A stretch of DNA of 64,000 nt. Origin: Eledone cirrhosa (Eukaryota). This document shows positions 39,601 to 51,642 of the stretch, piece by piece (the stretch's first letter is position 1; every line of letters starts with the position of its first letter). The stretch lies in contig OZ024760.1 of assembly GCA_964016885.1 (NCBI GenBank), positions 1 through 64,000 of the forward strand. Direction: 5' to 3'. A program made the translations under genes and the position numbers. The notes under the pieces are model-generated. The model searched no databases, was not told the origin of the DNA, and worked only from the letters and a program-made list of their open reading frames with translations.

Positions 39601-42600
39601 CTGCTGAGTACTTGGTAGAGCACAAGATGCAGGCCCTCAGCCTGTCTGAGTACTTGGTAGAGCACAAGATACAGACCCTCAGCCTGCTGAGTACTTGGTA
39701 GAGAACAAGATGCAGGCCCTCAGCCTGTCTGATTACTTGGTAGAGCACACGATGCAGGCCCTTAGCCTGCTGAGTACTTGGTAGAGCACAAGATGCAGGC
39801 CCTCAGCCTGCTGAATACTTGGTAGAGCACAAGATGCAGGCCCTCAGCCTGTCTGAGTACTTGGTAGAGCACAAGATGCAGGCCCTCAGCCTGTCTGAGT
39901 ACTTGGTAGAGCACAAGATGCAGGCCCTCAGCCTGTCTGAGTACTTGGTATAGCACAAGATGCAATCCCCAGCCTGTCTAAGTACTTGGTAGAGCACAAG
40001 ATGCAGGCCCTCAGCCTGCTGAGTACTTGGTAGAGCACAAGATGCAGGCCCTCAGCCTGTCTGAGTACTTGGTAGAGCACAAGATGCAGGCCCTCAGCCT
40101 GCTGAGTACTTGGTAGAGCACAAGATGCAGGCCCTTAGCCTGCTGAGTACTTGGTAGATCACAAGTTGCAGGCCCTTAGCCTGCTGAGTACTTGGTAGAG
40201 CACAAGATGCAGGCCCTCAGCCTGTCTGAGTACTTGGTAGAGCACAAGATGCAGGCCCTCAGCCTGTCTGATTACTTGGTAGAGCACAAGATGCAGACCC
40301 TCAGCCTGTCTGATTACTTGGTAGAGCACAAGATGCAGACCCTCACCATGTCTGAGTACTTGGTAGAGCACAAGATGCAGGCCCTCAGCCTGTCTGATTA
40401 CTTGGTAGAGCACAAGATGCAGACCCTCAGCCTGTCTGATTACTTGGTAGAGCACAAGATGCAGACCCTCAGCCTGTCTGAGTACTTGGTAGAGCACAAG
40501 ATGCAGGCCCTCAGCCTGTCTGAGTACTTGGTAGAGCACAAGATGCAGGCCCTCAGCCTGTCTGAGTACTTGGTAGAGCACAAGATGCAGGCCCTCAGCC
40601 TGTCTGAGTACTTGGTATAGCACAAGATGCAAGCCCTTATCCTGCTGAGTACTTGGTAGAGAACAAGATGTAGGCCCTCAGCCTGTCTGAGTACTTGGTA
40701 GAGCACAAGATGCAGGCCCTCAGTCTGCTGAGTACTTGGTAGAGCACAAGATGCAGGCCCTCAGCCTGTCTGAGTACTTGGTAGAGCACAAGATACAGAC
40801 CCTCAGCCTGCTGAGTACTTGGTAGAGAACAAGATGCAGGCCCTCAGCCTGTCTTATTACTTGGTAGAGCACACGAGGCAGGCCCTTAGCCTGCTGAGTA
40901 CTTGGTAGAGCACAAGATGCAGGCCCTCAGCCTGCTGAATACTTGGTAGAGCACAAGATGCAGGCCCTCAGCCTGTCTGAGTACTTGGTAGAGCACAAGA
41001 TGCAGGCCCTCAGCCTGTCTGAGTACTTGGTAGAGCACAAGATGCAGGCCCTCAGCCTGTCTGAGTACTTGGTATAGCACAAGATGCAATCCCCAGCCTG
41101 TCTAAGTACTTGGTAGAGCACAAGACGCAGGCCCTCAGCCTGCTGAGTACTTGGTAGAGCACAAGATGCAGGCCCTCAGCCTGTCTGAGTACTTGGTAGA
41201 GCACAAGATGCAGGCCCTCAGCCTGCTGAGTACTTGGTAGAGCACAAGATGCAGGCCCTCAGCCTGTCTGAGTACTTGGTAGAGCACAAGATGCAGGCCC
41301 TCAGCGTATGAGTACTTGGTAGAGCACAAGATGCAGGCCCTCAGCCTGTCTAACTACTTGGTAGAGCACAAGATGCAGGCCCTCAGCCTGTCTGAGTACT
41401 TGGTAGAGCACAAGATGCAGGCCATTAGCCTGCTGAGTACTTGGTAGATCACAAGATGCAGGCCCTTAGCCTGCTGAGTACTTGGTAGAGCACAAGATGC
41501 AGGCCCTCAGCCTGTCTGAGTACTTGGTAGAGCACAAGATGCAGGCCCTCAGCCTGTCTGATTACTTGGTAGAGCACAAGATGCAGACCCTCAGCCTGTC
41601 TGATTACTTGATAGAGCACAAGATGCAGACCCTCACCCTGTCTGAGTACTTGGTAGAGCACAAGATGCAGACCCTCAGCCTGTCTGAGTACTTGGTAGAG
41701 CACAAGATGCAGGCCCTCAGGCTGTCTGAGTACTTGGTAGAGCACAAGATGCAGGCCCTTATCCTGCTGAGTACTTGGTAGAGAACAAGATGCAGGCCCT
41801 CAGCCTGTCTGAGTACTTGGTAGAGCACAAGATGCAGGCCCTTAGCCTGCTGAGTACTTGGTAGATCACAAGATGCAGGCCCTTAGCCTGCTGAGTACTT
41901 GGTAGAGCACAAGATGCAGACCCCCAGCCTGTCTGAGTACTTGGTAGAGCACAAGATGCAGACCCTCAGCCTGTCTGATTACTTGGTAGAGCACAAGATG
42001 CAGACCCTCAGCCTGTCTGAGTACTTGGTAGAGCACAAGATGCAGGCCCTCAGCCTGTCTGATTACTTGGTAGAGCACAAGATGCAGGCCCCCGGCCTGT
42101 CTGAGTACTTGGTAGAGCACAAGATGCAGGCCCTCAGCCTGTGTGAGTACTTGGTAGAGCACAAGATGCAGGCCCTCAGCCTGTCTGAGTACTTGGTAGA
42201 GCACAAGATGCAGGCCCTTAGCCTGCTGAGTACTTGGTAGAGCACAAGATGCAGGCCCTCAGCCTGTCTGAGTACTTGGTAGAGCACAAGATGCATGCCC
42301 TCAGCCTGTCTGAGTACTTGGTAGAGCACAAGATTCAGGCCCTCAGCCTGCCTGAGTACTTGGTAGAGCACAAGATGCAGACCCTCATCCTGTCTAAGCA
42401 CTTGGTAGAGCACAAGATGCAGACCCTCAGCCTGTCTGAGTACTTGGTAGAGCACAAGATGCAGGCCCTCAGCCTGTCTGAGTACTTGGTATAGCACAAG
42501 ATGCAGGCCCTCAGCCTGTCTGAGTACTTGGTAGAGCACAAGAGGCAGGCGCTTAGCCTGTCTGAGTACTTGGTAGAGCACAAGATGCAGGCCCTCAGCC

Positions 42601-43108
42601 TGTCTGATTACTTGGTAGAGCACAAGATGCAGGCCCTCAGCCTGTCTGAGTACTTGGTATAGCACAAGATGCAGGCCCTCAGCCTGTCTGAGTACTTGGT
42701 ATAGCACAAGATGCAGGCCCTCAGCCTGTCTGATTACTTGGTAGAGCACAAGATGCAAGCCTCCAGCCTGTCTGAGTACTTGGTATAGCACAAGATGCAG
42801 GCCCTCAGCCTGTCTGAGTACTTGGTAGAGCACAAGATGCAGGCCCTTAGCCTGCTGAGTACTTGGTAGAGCACAAGATGCAGGCCTTCAGCCTGTCTGA
42901 GTACTTGGTAGAGCACAATATGCAGGCCCTCAGTCTGCTGAGTACTTGGTAGAGCACAAGATGCAGACCCTCAGCCTGTCTGAGTACTTGGTAGAGCACA
43001 AGATGCCGACCCTCAGCCTGCTGAGTACTTGGTAGAGCACAATATGCAGGCCCTCAGTCTGCTGAGTACTTGGTAGAGCACAAGATGCAAGCACCCAGCC
43101 CATCTGAG
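18680..43108. repeat. Intronic satellite, 41/42-bp unit ACAAGATGCAGGCCCTCAGCCTG(T)CTGAGTACTTGGTAGAGC, about 24.4 kb, roughly 585 copies, with higher-order repeats
   Basis: Uninterrupted head-to-tail array; rare variants recur at fixed offsets (5946, about 3170, 2242, 1294, 710, 415 bp). Confidence 0.98.
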
Positions 43109-43466
43109 CTTTTGTTGGAGTGCAGGAACATATTTAAGTAAGTGTGGGAACATTTATAAACAATCAGAATGACAGCAGCTCATCTGAGGAAGGAGCACTG
43201 CGAGACTGGTGGCTGATGAAGTAGGCATCACTGGCCATTGTCTGTGGAATGGCTTTGCTATTTTGTCTGCAGGGCACAGCCAAAACACTGCTCTGACCTA
43301 CGTGTATAGTCTGTCACCCTCTCCCCTGTCCCCTTTCTTTCTTCTTTTGCCTAATAATCTTTGTTTTTTCCTTCCCTTTCCTCTCATTTATGACATTTAT
43401 AGTCCTTTCCAATACTGCTTTCTTTTTCTGTATATTTTGTTGAATAACATTCCATATCTATCAAAT
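43109..43466 (+). mobile_element. Decayed CRE-like (RLE) retrotransposon 3' end
   Basis: WWLMK*ASLAIVCG..FAIL resembles the QRLS.AIQRGNA..IL C-terminus; tail CAAAACAC..GACCT..GTGTA..TGTCACC homologous to 61950-62040. Confidence 0.6.
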
Positions 43467-43680
43467 AAATGCCTGTAAATACTGACTTGATCTTTGACGA
43501 TCCATCCAACACTTGGTAGCAGGGAAAACAGACGTTAAAATGCCTGTAATTACTGACTTGATCTTTGACGATCCATCCAACCCTTGGTAGCAGGGAAAAC
43601 AGACGTTAAAATGCCTGTAATTACTGACTTGATCTTTGACGATCCATCCAACCCTTGGTAGCAGGGAAAACAGACGTTGA
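43467..43680. repeat. Three tandem 71-bp copies of an RTE-type tail
   Basis: GCCTGTAA at 43471, 43542 and 43613. Confidence 0.88.
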
Positions 43681-44108
43681 ATTTATATGTAGAAGGTGGT
43701 GATGATAAGTAAAATGACTGGTCATGAGCTAACAAACCTATCAATGAGGTAATCAATGCTCACTCAAACTAGCAACAATATGTGTGATTAGGGCCTGATT
43801 TAATGGGTGGGCAAAGGGGGAAAATTCCTGCGGCCCCCAGCGATGGCCAACGCAATCTATTTGTGCCTTCAGCTAGGGATTTTAGTTTTAGGATGGTTAG
43901 AATTTTTGAACTTAAAACCTGTATGTATAACTTTTCAATTCCAATTACTTGCACCAAGATAACTTTGATATATAAAATTGGAAGTGGGGTGGGTTGTTGT
44001 TGTGTATTCTAATTTTGTGTATATGAGCCCCCCGCCCCCATCTGAAGAGCCCTTCACCTCCCAAGGTCTAAATCCAATTAGAAAGCAGAAAGTGAAAATT
44101 AGACTGAC

Positions 44109-44289
44109 CTTTTCATTTGTCCATTTTTCTTCATATCAAAATAAACATGCAACATTCCCATTTTCTCACCATACATGTGGTAATAGAAGACCAGACTGCT
44201 TGTATTTCTATCAGTCATAATGAAGTCACTCATTAATGTGGCATTGTCCATGAAATTACCGTATGATGATTCAGTGAAAATGTAATTCC
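44109..44289 (-). CDS. Exon: MAM1 part 2 (GNYIFTESSYG...LVFYYHMYGEKMGMLHVYFD...)
   Basis: FYYHMYG..MG.L.V MAM signature; acceptor tttcag, donor GTCAGT; 181 nt, phase 1 to 2. Not in the ORF track. Confidence 0.88.
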
Positions 44290-44396
44290 CTGAAATTTAA
44301 GATGAAATTCAGAAGCAATGACGAAAGAACAGAGAAGAAAAAATATAGAAAAGAAATGCTGTAATACTGTTGCTCCTCCTCTTCTTGGGATGACTA

Positions 44397-46530
44397 TCAG
44401 TGGAAAATCAGTGGAAATCCAGTAGGAAATTAGTGGAAATCAGTAGGAATTTAGTGGAAATTCAGTAGGAAATTAGTGGAAACCCAGTAGGAAATTAGTG
44501 GAAATTCAGTAGGAAATTAGTGGAAATTCAGTAGGAAATTAGTGGGAATCCAGTAGGAAATTAGTGGAAATGCAGTAGGAAATTAGTGGAAATTCAGTAG
44601 GAAACTAGTGGAAATTCAGTAGAAAATTAGTGGAAAATCAGTAGGAAATTGGTGGAAATTCAGTAGGGGATTAGTGGGAATTCAGTAGGAATTTAGTGGA
44701 AAATCAGTAGGAAATTAGTGGAAAGTCAGTAGGGAATTAGTGGAAATTCAGTAGGAAACTAGTGGAAATTCAGTAGGAAATTAGTGGAAAATCAGTAGGA
44801 AATTAGTGGAAATTCAGTAGGGAATTAGTGGAAACTCAGTAGGGAATTAGTGGAAATCCAGTAGGAAATTAGTGGAAAATTGGTAGGGGTTAGTGGAAAC
44901 TCAGTAGGCAATTAGTGGAAAATCAGTAGGAAATCAGTGGAAAATCAGTAGGGAATTAGTGGAAAATCAGTAGGAAATTAGTGAAAAATCAATAGAAAAT
45001 TAGTGGAAATTCAGTAGGAAATTAGTGGAAATTCAGTAGGAAATTAGTGGAAAATCGGTAGGAAATTAGTGGAATTTCAGTAGGAAATTAGTGGGAATTC
45101 AGTAGGAAATTAGTGGAAATTCAGTAGGAAATTAGTGAAAAACCAGTAAGAATTTAGTGGAAAATCAGTAGGGAATTAGTGGAAATTCAGTAGGAAATTA
45201 GTGGAAAATTGGTAGGAAATTAGTGGAAATCAGTAGGAATTTAGTGGAAATTCAGTAGGAAATTAGTGGAAACCCAGTAGGAAATTAGTGGAAATTCAGT
45301 AGGAAATTAGTGGAAATTCAGTAGGAAATTAGTGGAAATCCAGTAGGAAATTAGTGGAAATGCAGTAGGAAATTAGTGGAAATTCAGTAGGAAACTAGTG
45401 GAAATTTAGTAGAAAATTAGTGGGAAATCAGTAGGGAATTGGTGGAAATTCAGTAGGAAATTAGTGGAAAATCAGTAGGAAATTAGTGGAAAATCAGTAG
45501 GGAATTAGTGGAAACTCAGTAGGGAATTAGTGGAAATCCAGTAGGAAATTAGTGGAAAATCGGTAGGGATTAGTGGAAACTCAGTAGGAAATTAGTGGAA
45601 AATCAGTAGGAAATCAGTGGAAAATCAGTAGGGAATTAGTGGAAATTCAGTAGGAAATTAGTGGAAATCCAGTAGGAAATTAGTGGAAATGCAGTAGGAA
45701 ATTAGTGGAAATTCAGTAGGAAACTAGTGGAAATTTAGTAGAAAATTAGTGGGAAATCAGTAGGAAATTGGTGGAAATTCAGTAGGAAATTAGTGGAAAA
45801 TCAGTAGGAAATTAGTGGAAAATCAGTAGGGAATTAGTGGAAACTCAGTAGGGAATTAGTGGAAATCCAGTAGGAAATTAGTGGAAAATCGGTAGGGATT
45901 AGTGGAAACTCAGTAGGAAATTAGTGGAAAATCAGTAGGAAATCAGTGGAAAATCAGTAGGGAATTAGTGGAAAATCAGTAGGAAATTAGTGAAAAATCA
46001 ATAGAAAATTAGTGGAAATTCAGTAGGAAATTAGTGGAAATTCAGTAGGAAATTAGTGGAAAATCGGTAGGAAATTAGTGGAATTTCAGTAGGAAATTAG
46101 TGGGAATTCAGTAGGAAATTAGTGGAAATTCAGTAGGAAATTAGTGAAAAACCAGTAAGAATTTAGTGGAAAATCAGTAGGGAATTAGTGGAAATTCAGT
46201 AGGAAATTTGTGGAAATTCAGTAGAAAATTAGCGGGGATTCAGTAGGAAATTAGTGGAAAATTAGTAGGAAATTGGTGGAAATTCAGTAGGAAATTTGTG
46301 GAAATTCAGTAGGGAATTAGTGGGAAATCAGTAGGAAAATAGTGGAAATTCAGTAGGAAATTAGTGGAAATTCAGTAGGAAATTAATGGAAAATCAGTAG
46401 GAAATTAGTGGAAATTCAGTAGGAAATTAGTGGAAATTCAGTAGGAAATTAATGGAAATTCAGTAGGAAATTAGTGGAAATTCAGTAGGAAATTAGTGGA
46501 AATTCAGTAGGAAATTAGTGGAAATTCAGT
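44397..46530. repeat. 22-bp satellite TCAGTAGGAAATTAGTGGAAAT (dimer of 11-mers), about 97 copies
   Basis: Visible array; a variant block recurs at about 790-bp offset (AAACCCAG near 44480 and 45270). Confidence 0.96.
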
Positions 46531-46591
46531 AGTAGAAATAAATAGTAGTTAAAAAAAGGATAATTTTCGTACAGTGAAAGTAATTACATAC

Positions 46592-46738
46592 CACTTTCAT
46601 CCTGGTAAGAGTGATCAAAGTCGGGACCTGTGCGATTACTCTGTGTGGGGCCTCGTTGAATGTTCCATATGTATGATCCATTGGATGTTTGGTAGTTACA
46701 CAGTCTTCGGCCAGGGCCTTCAAAGTTACAGTTGAGCT
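46592..46738 (-). CDS. Exon: MAM1 part 1 (LNCNFEGPGRRLCNY...TGPDFDHSYQDES)
   Basis: CxFE..LC..W..TGP..DH MAM motif; AAG acceptor after pyrimidine tract, donor GTATGT; 147 nt, phase 1-1. Confidence 0.9.
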
Positions 46739-47030
46739 CTTGAAGGGAAAATAACAAAACCAGATAGATTACGTTTACAGTTGTGAACTGGAGTATGGGA
46801 AGGATGATTGATAGTAAGGGAGGGGGAGTTGATAATATGTTGAAATGGGGGGGGGGGCTCATTGATAGAGTAGAGAGATGACTCAGCAGGATTTGGACTG
46901 AGAGCATAGTGAGCCAGTTTATCCAATGCCTTAAAACCTCTGCCAACTTGCTGCCTTTCTGCTCTTTTACATCTAACCCTTTCATTATCATATTTCTAAT
47001 AAAAACACTACATTTGAACTTCTGAGAAAA

Positions 47031-47157
47031 GAACCTGTAGAGGACAGGGAAAAATCACCTATGTGGACACTCTGCTAGAAGACACAGAGATGGAAACAGC
47101 AGAGGAGCTCAAGATTATCATAAATGACCGTGGTGAATGGAAGAAACGTGTAGAATC
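47031..47157 (+). mobile_element. RTE-clade LINE C-terminal fragment
   Basis: RGQGKITYVDTLLEDTEMETAEELKIIINDRGEWKKRV matches the RTE RGRP..TY.D.L..D....DR..W end. Confidence 0.6.
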
Positions 47158-48223
47158 AGAGGGGCATCCAACTGGACGACCAAGGATAGAATAGGGATTG
47201 AATAGATTTTTGTAGAATTTGGAGGGATTTATTAAAATTATTTCATTATCTAGATGACATTTGTAACATATAATATGATTCTGATATGAAATAATGTTGG
47301 AAGATTTTTATATAAATCATTCAATCAATTGATTGAATAAATCAGCATGATCCCAGACCTCATTCACTTACTGAGTTGGGTGGAACTTGACAAATTGGAC
47401 CAAGGAAACAATGTTTTCATTAGTCTTTCCTTTGCTTATACTATCTACCAGTTGCAACTCCTGGCAGAAAGAACAATGTGAAATAAATTGTTTTACTCAT
47501 GGGCATAACACATTGCCTGGTCTGGGAATGAAACTTACAACCTCACGATGGTGAATCCAAATATCTAACCACTTAGCCAGGAACCCTTTAAAATGGGTGG
47601 TTTTGTTCCATAGAGCCAGAAGCAGTTTTAACAGGTTAGTATCAAATGGTATGAAGAAGAATTTTGAGTGTTGCTAAAATTATTTATTATTTCATTACTA
47701 AGATAGTATATGGTTCTTATATAAAGTTGTTGGAAGATTTTTATTTAAATCAGAACCTTTTAAAATGGGGGGTTTTGTTCCATAGAACCAGAGGCAGTTT
47801 TAGGCAGGATGGTATGAAAAGTGTTTGTGGGGCTGTCGTGAGATAGAGGGTGTGTGTAGAGCTGCCGTGGGAGGAGGATTGCCGGAAGTTGGGGGATGCC
47901 TGACTGGAAGCAGGAGGTTGGGAGCGACACGAGGGACCAAGCGGCAGGTATCGGGCACTTGGCTGTTGGCACCATGAGGAGATGGGTCGTGTGAAAGATA
48001 GATGCTGTTGGAAGTACCCCACATGGACGGTGGAACAAGTGATAAAAAGACGCAAGATAAGTCCGAATGACTCCGGCTACAAGCTATTTCAGTGTTTAAA
48101 GAATTTTCCCATCTGTTGGCATTCTTACTCCCGGCACGGCAACGTTTTAGTTTACGCAAGGTAAGTCCGAATGACTCCGGCTACAGTGTTTACATTGATA
48201 GCAAAAATGAAATAACCACTCAC

Positions 48224-48394
48224 CAGTGCCATTTGGAAACATTGGTTCTGTCGTTGGATTTGTATCAGTCCAACCACACACCTTCTCGTTCTCATCACTT
48301 TCATCAAGGCAGTCAATAATCCGATCACACCACCAAATCGCACTGATGCACTGGTTGTTTGTACGGCACGGAGTCAATCCTTGGTCACAGTTAC
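48224..48394 (-). CDS. Exon: LDL-receptor class A module (CDQGLTPCRTNNQCISAIWWCDRIIDCLDESDENEKVC)
   Basis: Six Cys with CD..DC.D.SDE calcium motif; acceptor cttttcag, donor GTGAGT; 171 nt, phase 1-1. Confidence 0.93.
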
Positions 48395-48476
48395 CTGAAA
48401 AGAAGCAACAACAATAAGAAACATATAAGCAATAGCAACATTAATAAAAGCGATTTTAGCTTGATTCTATCTTTAA

Positions 48477-48684
48477 CCCTTTAGCATTTAAACCGGCCGT
48501 ATCTGGCCAGAATTCCCTCACCTCTTTCTGTTCAAACCAGCTGCAACTGGCTGCTAATACTGATGTTAAGATATTGTTCTCAAAATAAATATCAAAATCT
48601 CGTAGATTCGATATTATGTGAGATAAAGTGTTTATGGTGAAAATATAATAGTAAATATAGAGTAATGTAAAAGAGTATATTTAT
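48477..48684. mobile_element. piggyBac-like MITE (inverted relative of 6616-6828)
   Basis: Starts TTAA-CCCTTTAGCATTTAAAC; internal match GAATTC..TCACCTCTTTCTGTTCAAA. Confidence 0.7.
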
Positions 48685-48946
48685 TGTTTTTATATATATG
48701 TACTAGTAGTTTCTCAATTTAATATATGAAAAATATTTTTTATATATCATTTAAATTTGTATAATTGATGCTCTGAGCTAAATGTTCATTGAGCTTTTTT
48801 TGTTGAGAGACATAATCGATATATATATAGTAATAATAATAAATGTGAAGACTAAAATCCAAAGAGGGCTCGATAAGGATAATATATAAAAATATATAAA
48901 ACGATAGAGCAAATATTTATTAAAATATTTATTAAACTTTAATCTG

Positions 48947-49040
<94 letters not shown>

Positions 49041-49063
49041 GTATATATATATATATATACATA

Positions 49064-49139
<76 letters not shown>

Positions 49140-49177
49140 GTATATATATATATATATATAATGTATATATATATATA

Positions 49178-49320
<143 letters not shown>

Positions 49321-49457
49321 GTATATATATATATCTGTGTATATATATATATATATATCTGTATATATATATCTGTGTATATATATATATATATATATAT
49401 CTGTATATATATATATCTGTGTATATATATATTTATATATATATATATATCTGTATA

Positions 49458-49520
<63 letters not shown>

Positions 49521-49565
49521 GTGTATATATATATATATATATATATCTGTATATATATATATATA

Positions 49566-49638
<73 letters not shown>

Positions 49639-49724
49639 GTATATATATATATCTGTGTATATATATATATATATCTGTATATATATATTTATATATATAT
49701 TTATATATCTGTATATATATGTAT

Positions 49725-49818
<94 letters not shown>

Positions 49819-49841
49819 GTGTATATATATATATACATATA

Positions 49842-49926
<85 letters not shown>

Positions 49927-49976
49927 GTTGATTTAAAACTGCACTATCCACAAGTGTTTTTTAGCCTTCATATCAT

Positions 49977-50062
49977 GTTCTCCCGTTTTATCTGATGAAA
50001 ACACAAATATTATTGCATGATGATGTTTGTTTTTGAAATGCGCATAATAAAATACATGGAAC
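49977..50062 (+). ncRNA. Type I hammerhead ribozyme, copy 1
   Basis: Stem I GTTTTAT/ATAAAAT; CTGATGA 49992-49998; 16-bp stem II (15 pairs incl. 3 GU); GAAA 50035-50038; palindromic stem III ATGCGCAT; AUA triplet 50044-50046. Confidence 0.75.
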
Positions 50063-50143
50063 TCCTTTAACCATCTTTTGATCTTATATTATATATGTAT
50101 ATATATATATATATATATGTTTATATATATATATACATATATA

Positions 50144-50230
<87 letters not shown>

Positions 50231-50269
50231 GTGTATATATATATATATATATCTGTATATATATATATA

Positions 50270-50332
<63 letters not shown>

Positions 50333-50361
50333 GTATATATATATATATACATATATATATG

Positions 50362-50428
<67 letters not shown>

Positions 50429-50478
50429 GTTGATTTAAAACTGCACTATCCACAAGTGTTTTTTAGCCTTCATATCAT

Positions 50479-50564
50479 GTTCTCCTGTTTTATCTGATGA
50501 AAACACAAATATTATTGCATGATGATGTTTGTTTTTGAAATGCGCATAATAAAATACATGGAAC
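50479..50564 (+). ncRNA. Type I hammerhead ribozyme, copy 2
   Basis: Same core at +502 bp: CTGATGA 50494-50500, GAAA 50537-50540, AUA 50546-50548. Confidence 0.75.
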
Positions 50565-50651
50565 TCCTTTAAGCATCTTTTGATCTTATATTATATATGT
50601 ATATATATATATATATATATATGTTTATATATATATATACATATATATCTG

Positions 50652-50810
<159 letters not shown>

Positions 50811-51095
50811 CTGTATATATATATATATATCTTTATATATATATATATAAATATATATATAAGCAAGCAGGATCGAAGTTGATGTTGCACCAAATATATA
50901 GTTTATTGGCATATTACAATCATCCAGAGTAAACACAAGTTATATATATAGCATGAAAATTCCCTTTGAATTACACCCTGCCATCTTAGAAAAATAGTAA
51001 AAATGTCCGAAAGACTTAGGTCATTGGTCAGCTGACCATGGTCTAAATAACAAAACCAATAACAACCCCAATGATCTGTTTTTGCTTCAACTTAC

Positions 51096-51128
51096 CTTCT
51101 GGTGGTGTAGTTACTATTCGGGTTGTTT
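51096..51128 (-). CDS. 33-nt micro-exon (ETTRIVTTPPE)
   Basis: Strong pyrimidine tract ctctcttttgccag and donor AAG/GTAAGT; phase 1-1; Thr/Pro-rich like the preceding exon. Confidence 0.7.
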
Positions 51129-51642
51129 CTGGCAAAAGAGAGGGAGAGGAAAAAATAAAAACTAGAGATAATGTAGACCCCCCCCCCCCAAAAAAAAAAC
51201 ACCTTTGAAACAGAAAAAGATGAAGACTGATACAACAATAACAACAACAATAACAACAATAACAATAAAGTAATAACTGTTTCTAATTGAGGTGAAGACT
51301 GATACAACAACAACGCCAACAATAAAGTAATAACTGTTTCTAATTGAGGTGAAGACTGATACAACAACAACGCCAACAATAAAGTAATAACTGTTTCTAA
51401 TTGAGGCACAAGGCCAGGAATTCTTTGGGGATGTGAGGTGAAGTGAAAGTTGATTAGCTCTTGACATCCTATAATTGTTTCTACTTTTGGCACAAGACCA
51501 GCAATTTGAAGGGGAGGAGAAAGTTGATTCGATCGACTCAATGGCATTACTGGTTCTTTATTTTATCGACCCCGTAAGGATGAAAGGCAAAGTTAACCTT
51601 AGCAGGTTTTGAACTCAGAACGTATATATGTATATATACACA

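Noticed and set aside
18680-43108. CRISPR array or repeat-protein gene (LHLVLYQVLRQAEG / VEHKMQALSLSEYL ORFs)
   Set aside because: There are no unique spacers and no cas genes. The ORFs arise because 42 is a multiple of 3, and 41- and 40-bp monomers break them constantly.
44165-44170. GTGAGA donor directly after YHMY
   Set aside because: The MAM motif continues in frame to the GTCAGT donor at 44108, and only that donor gives the phase 2 needed by the next exon.
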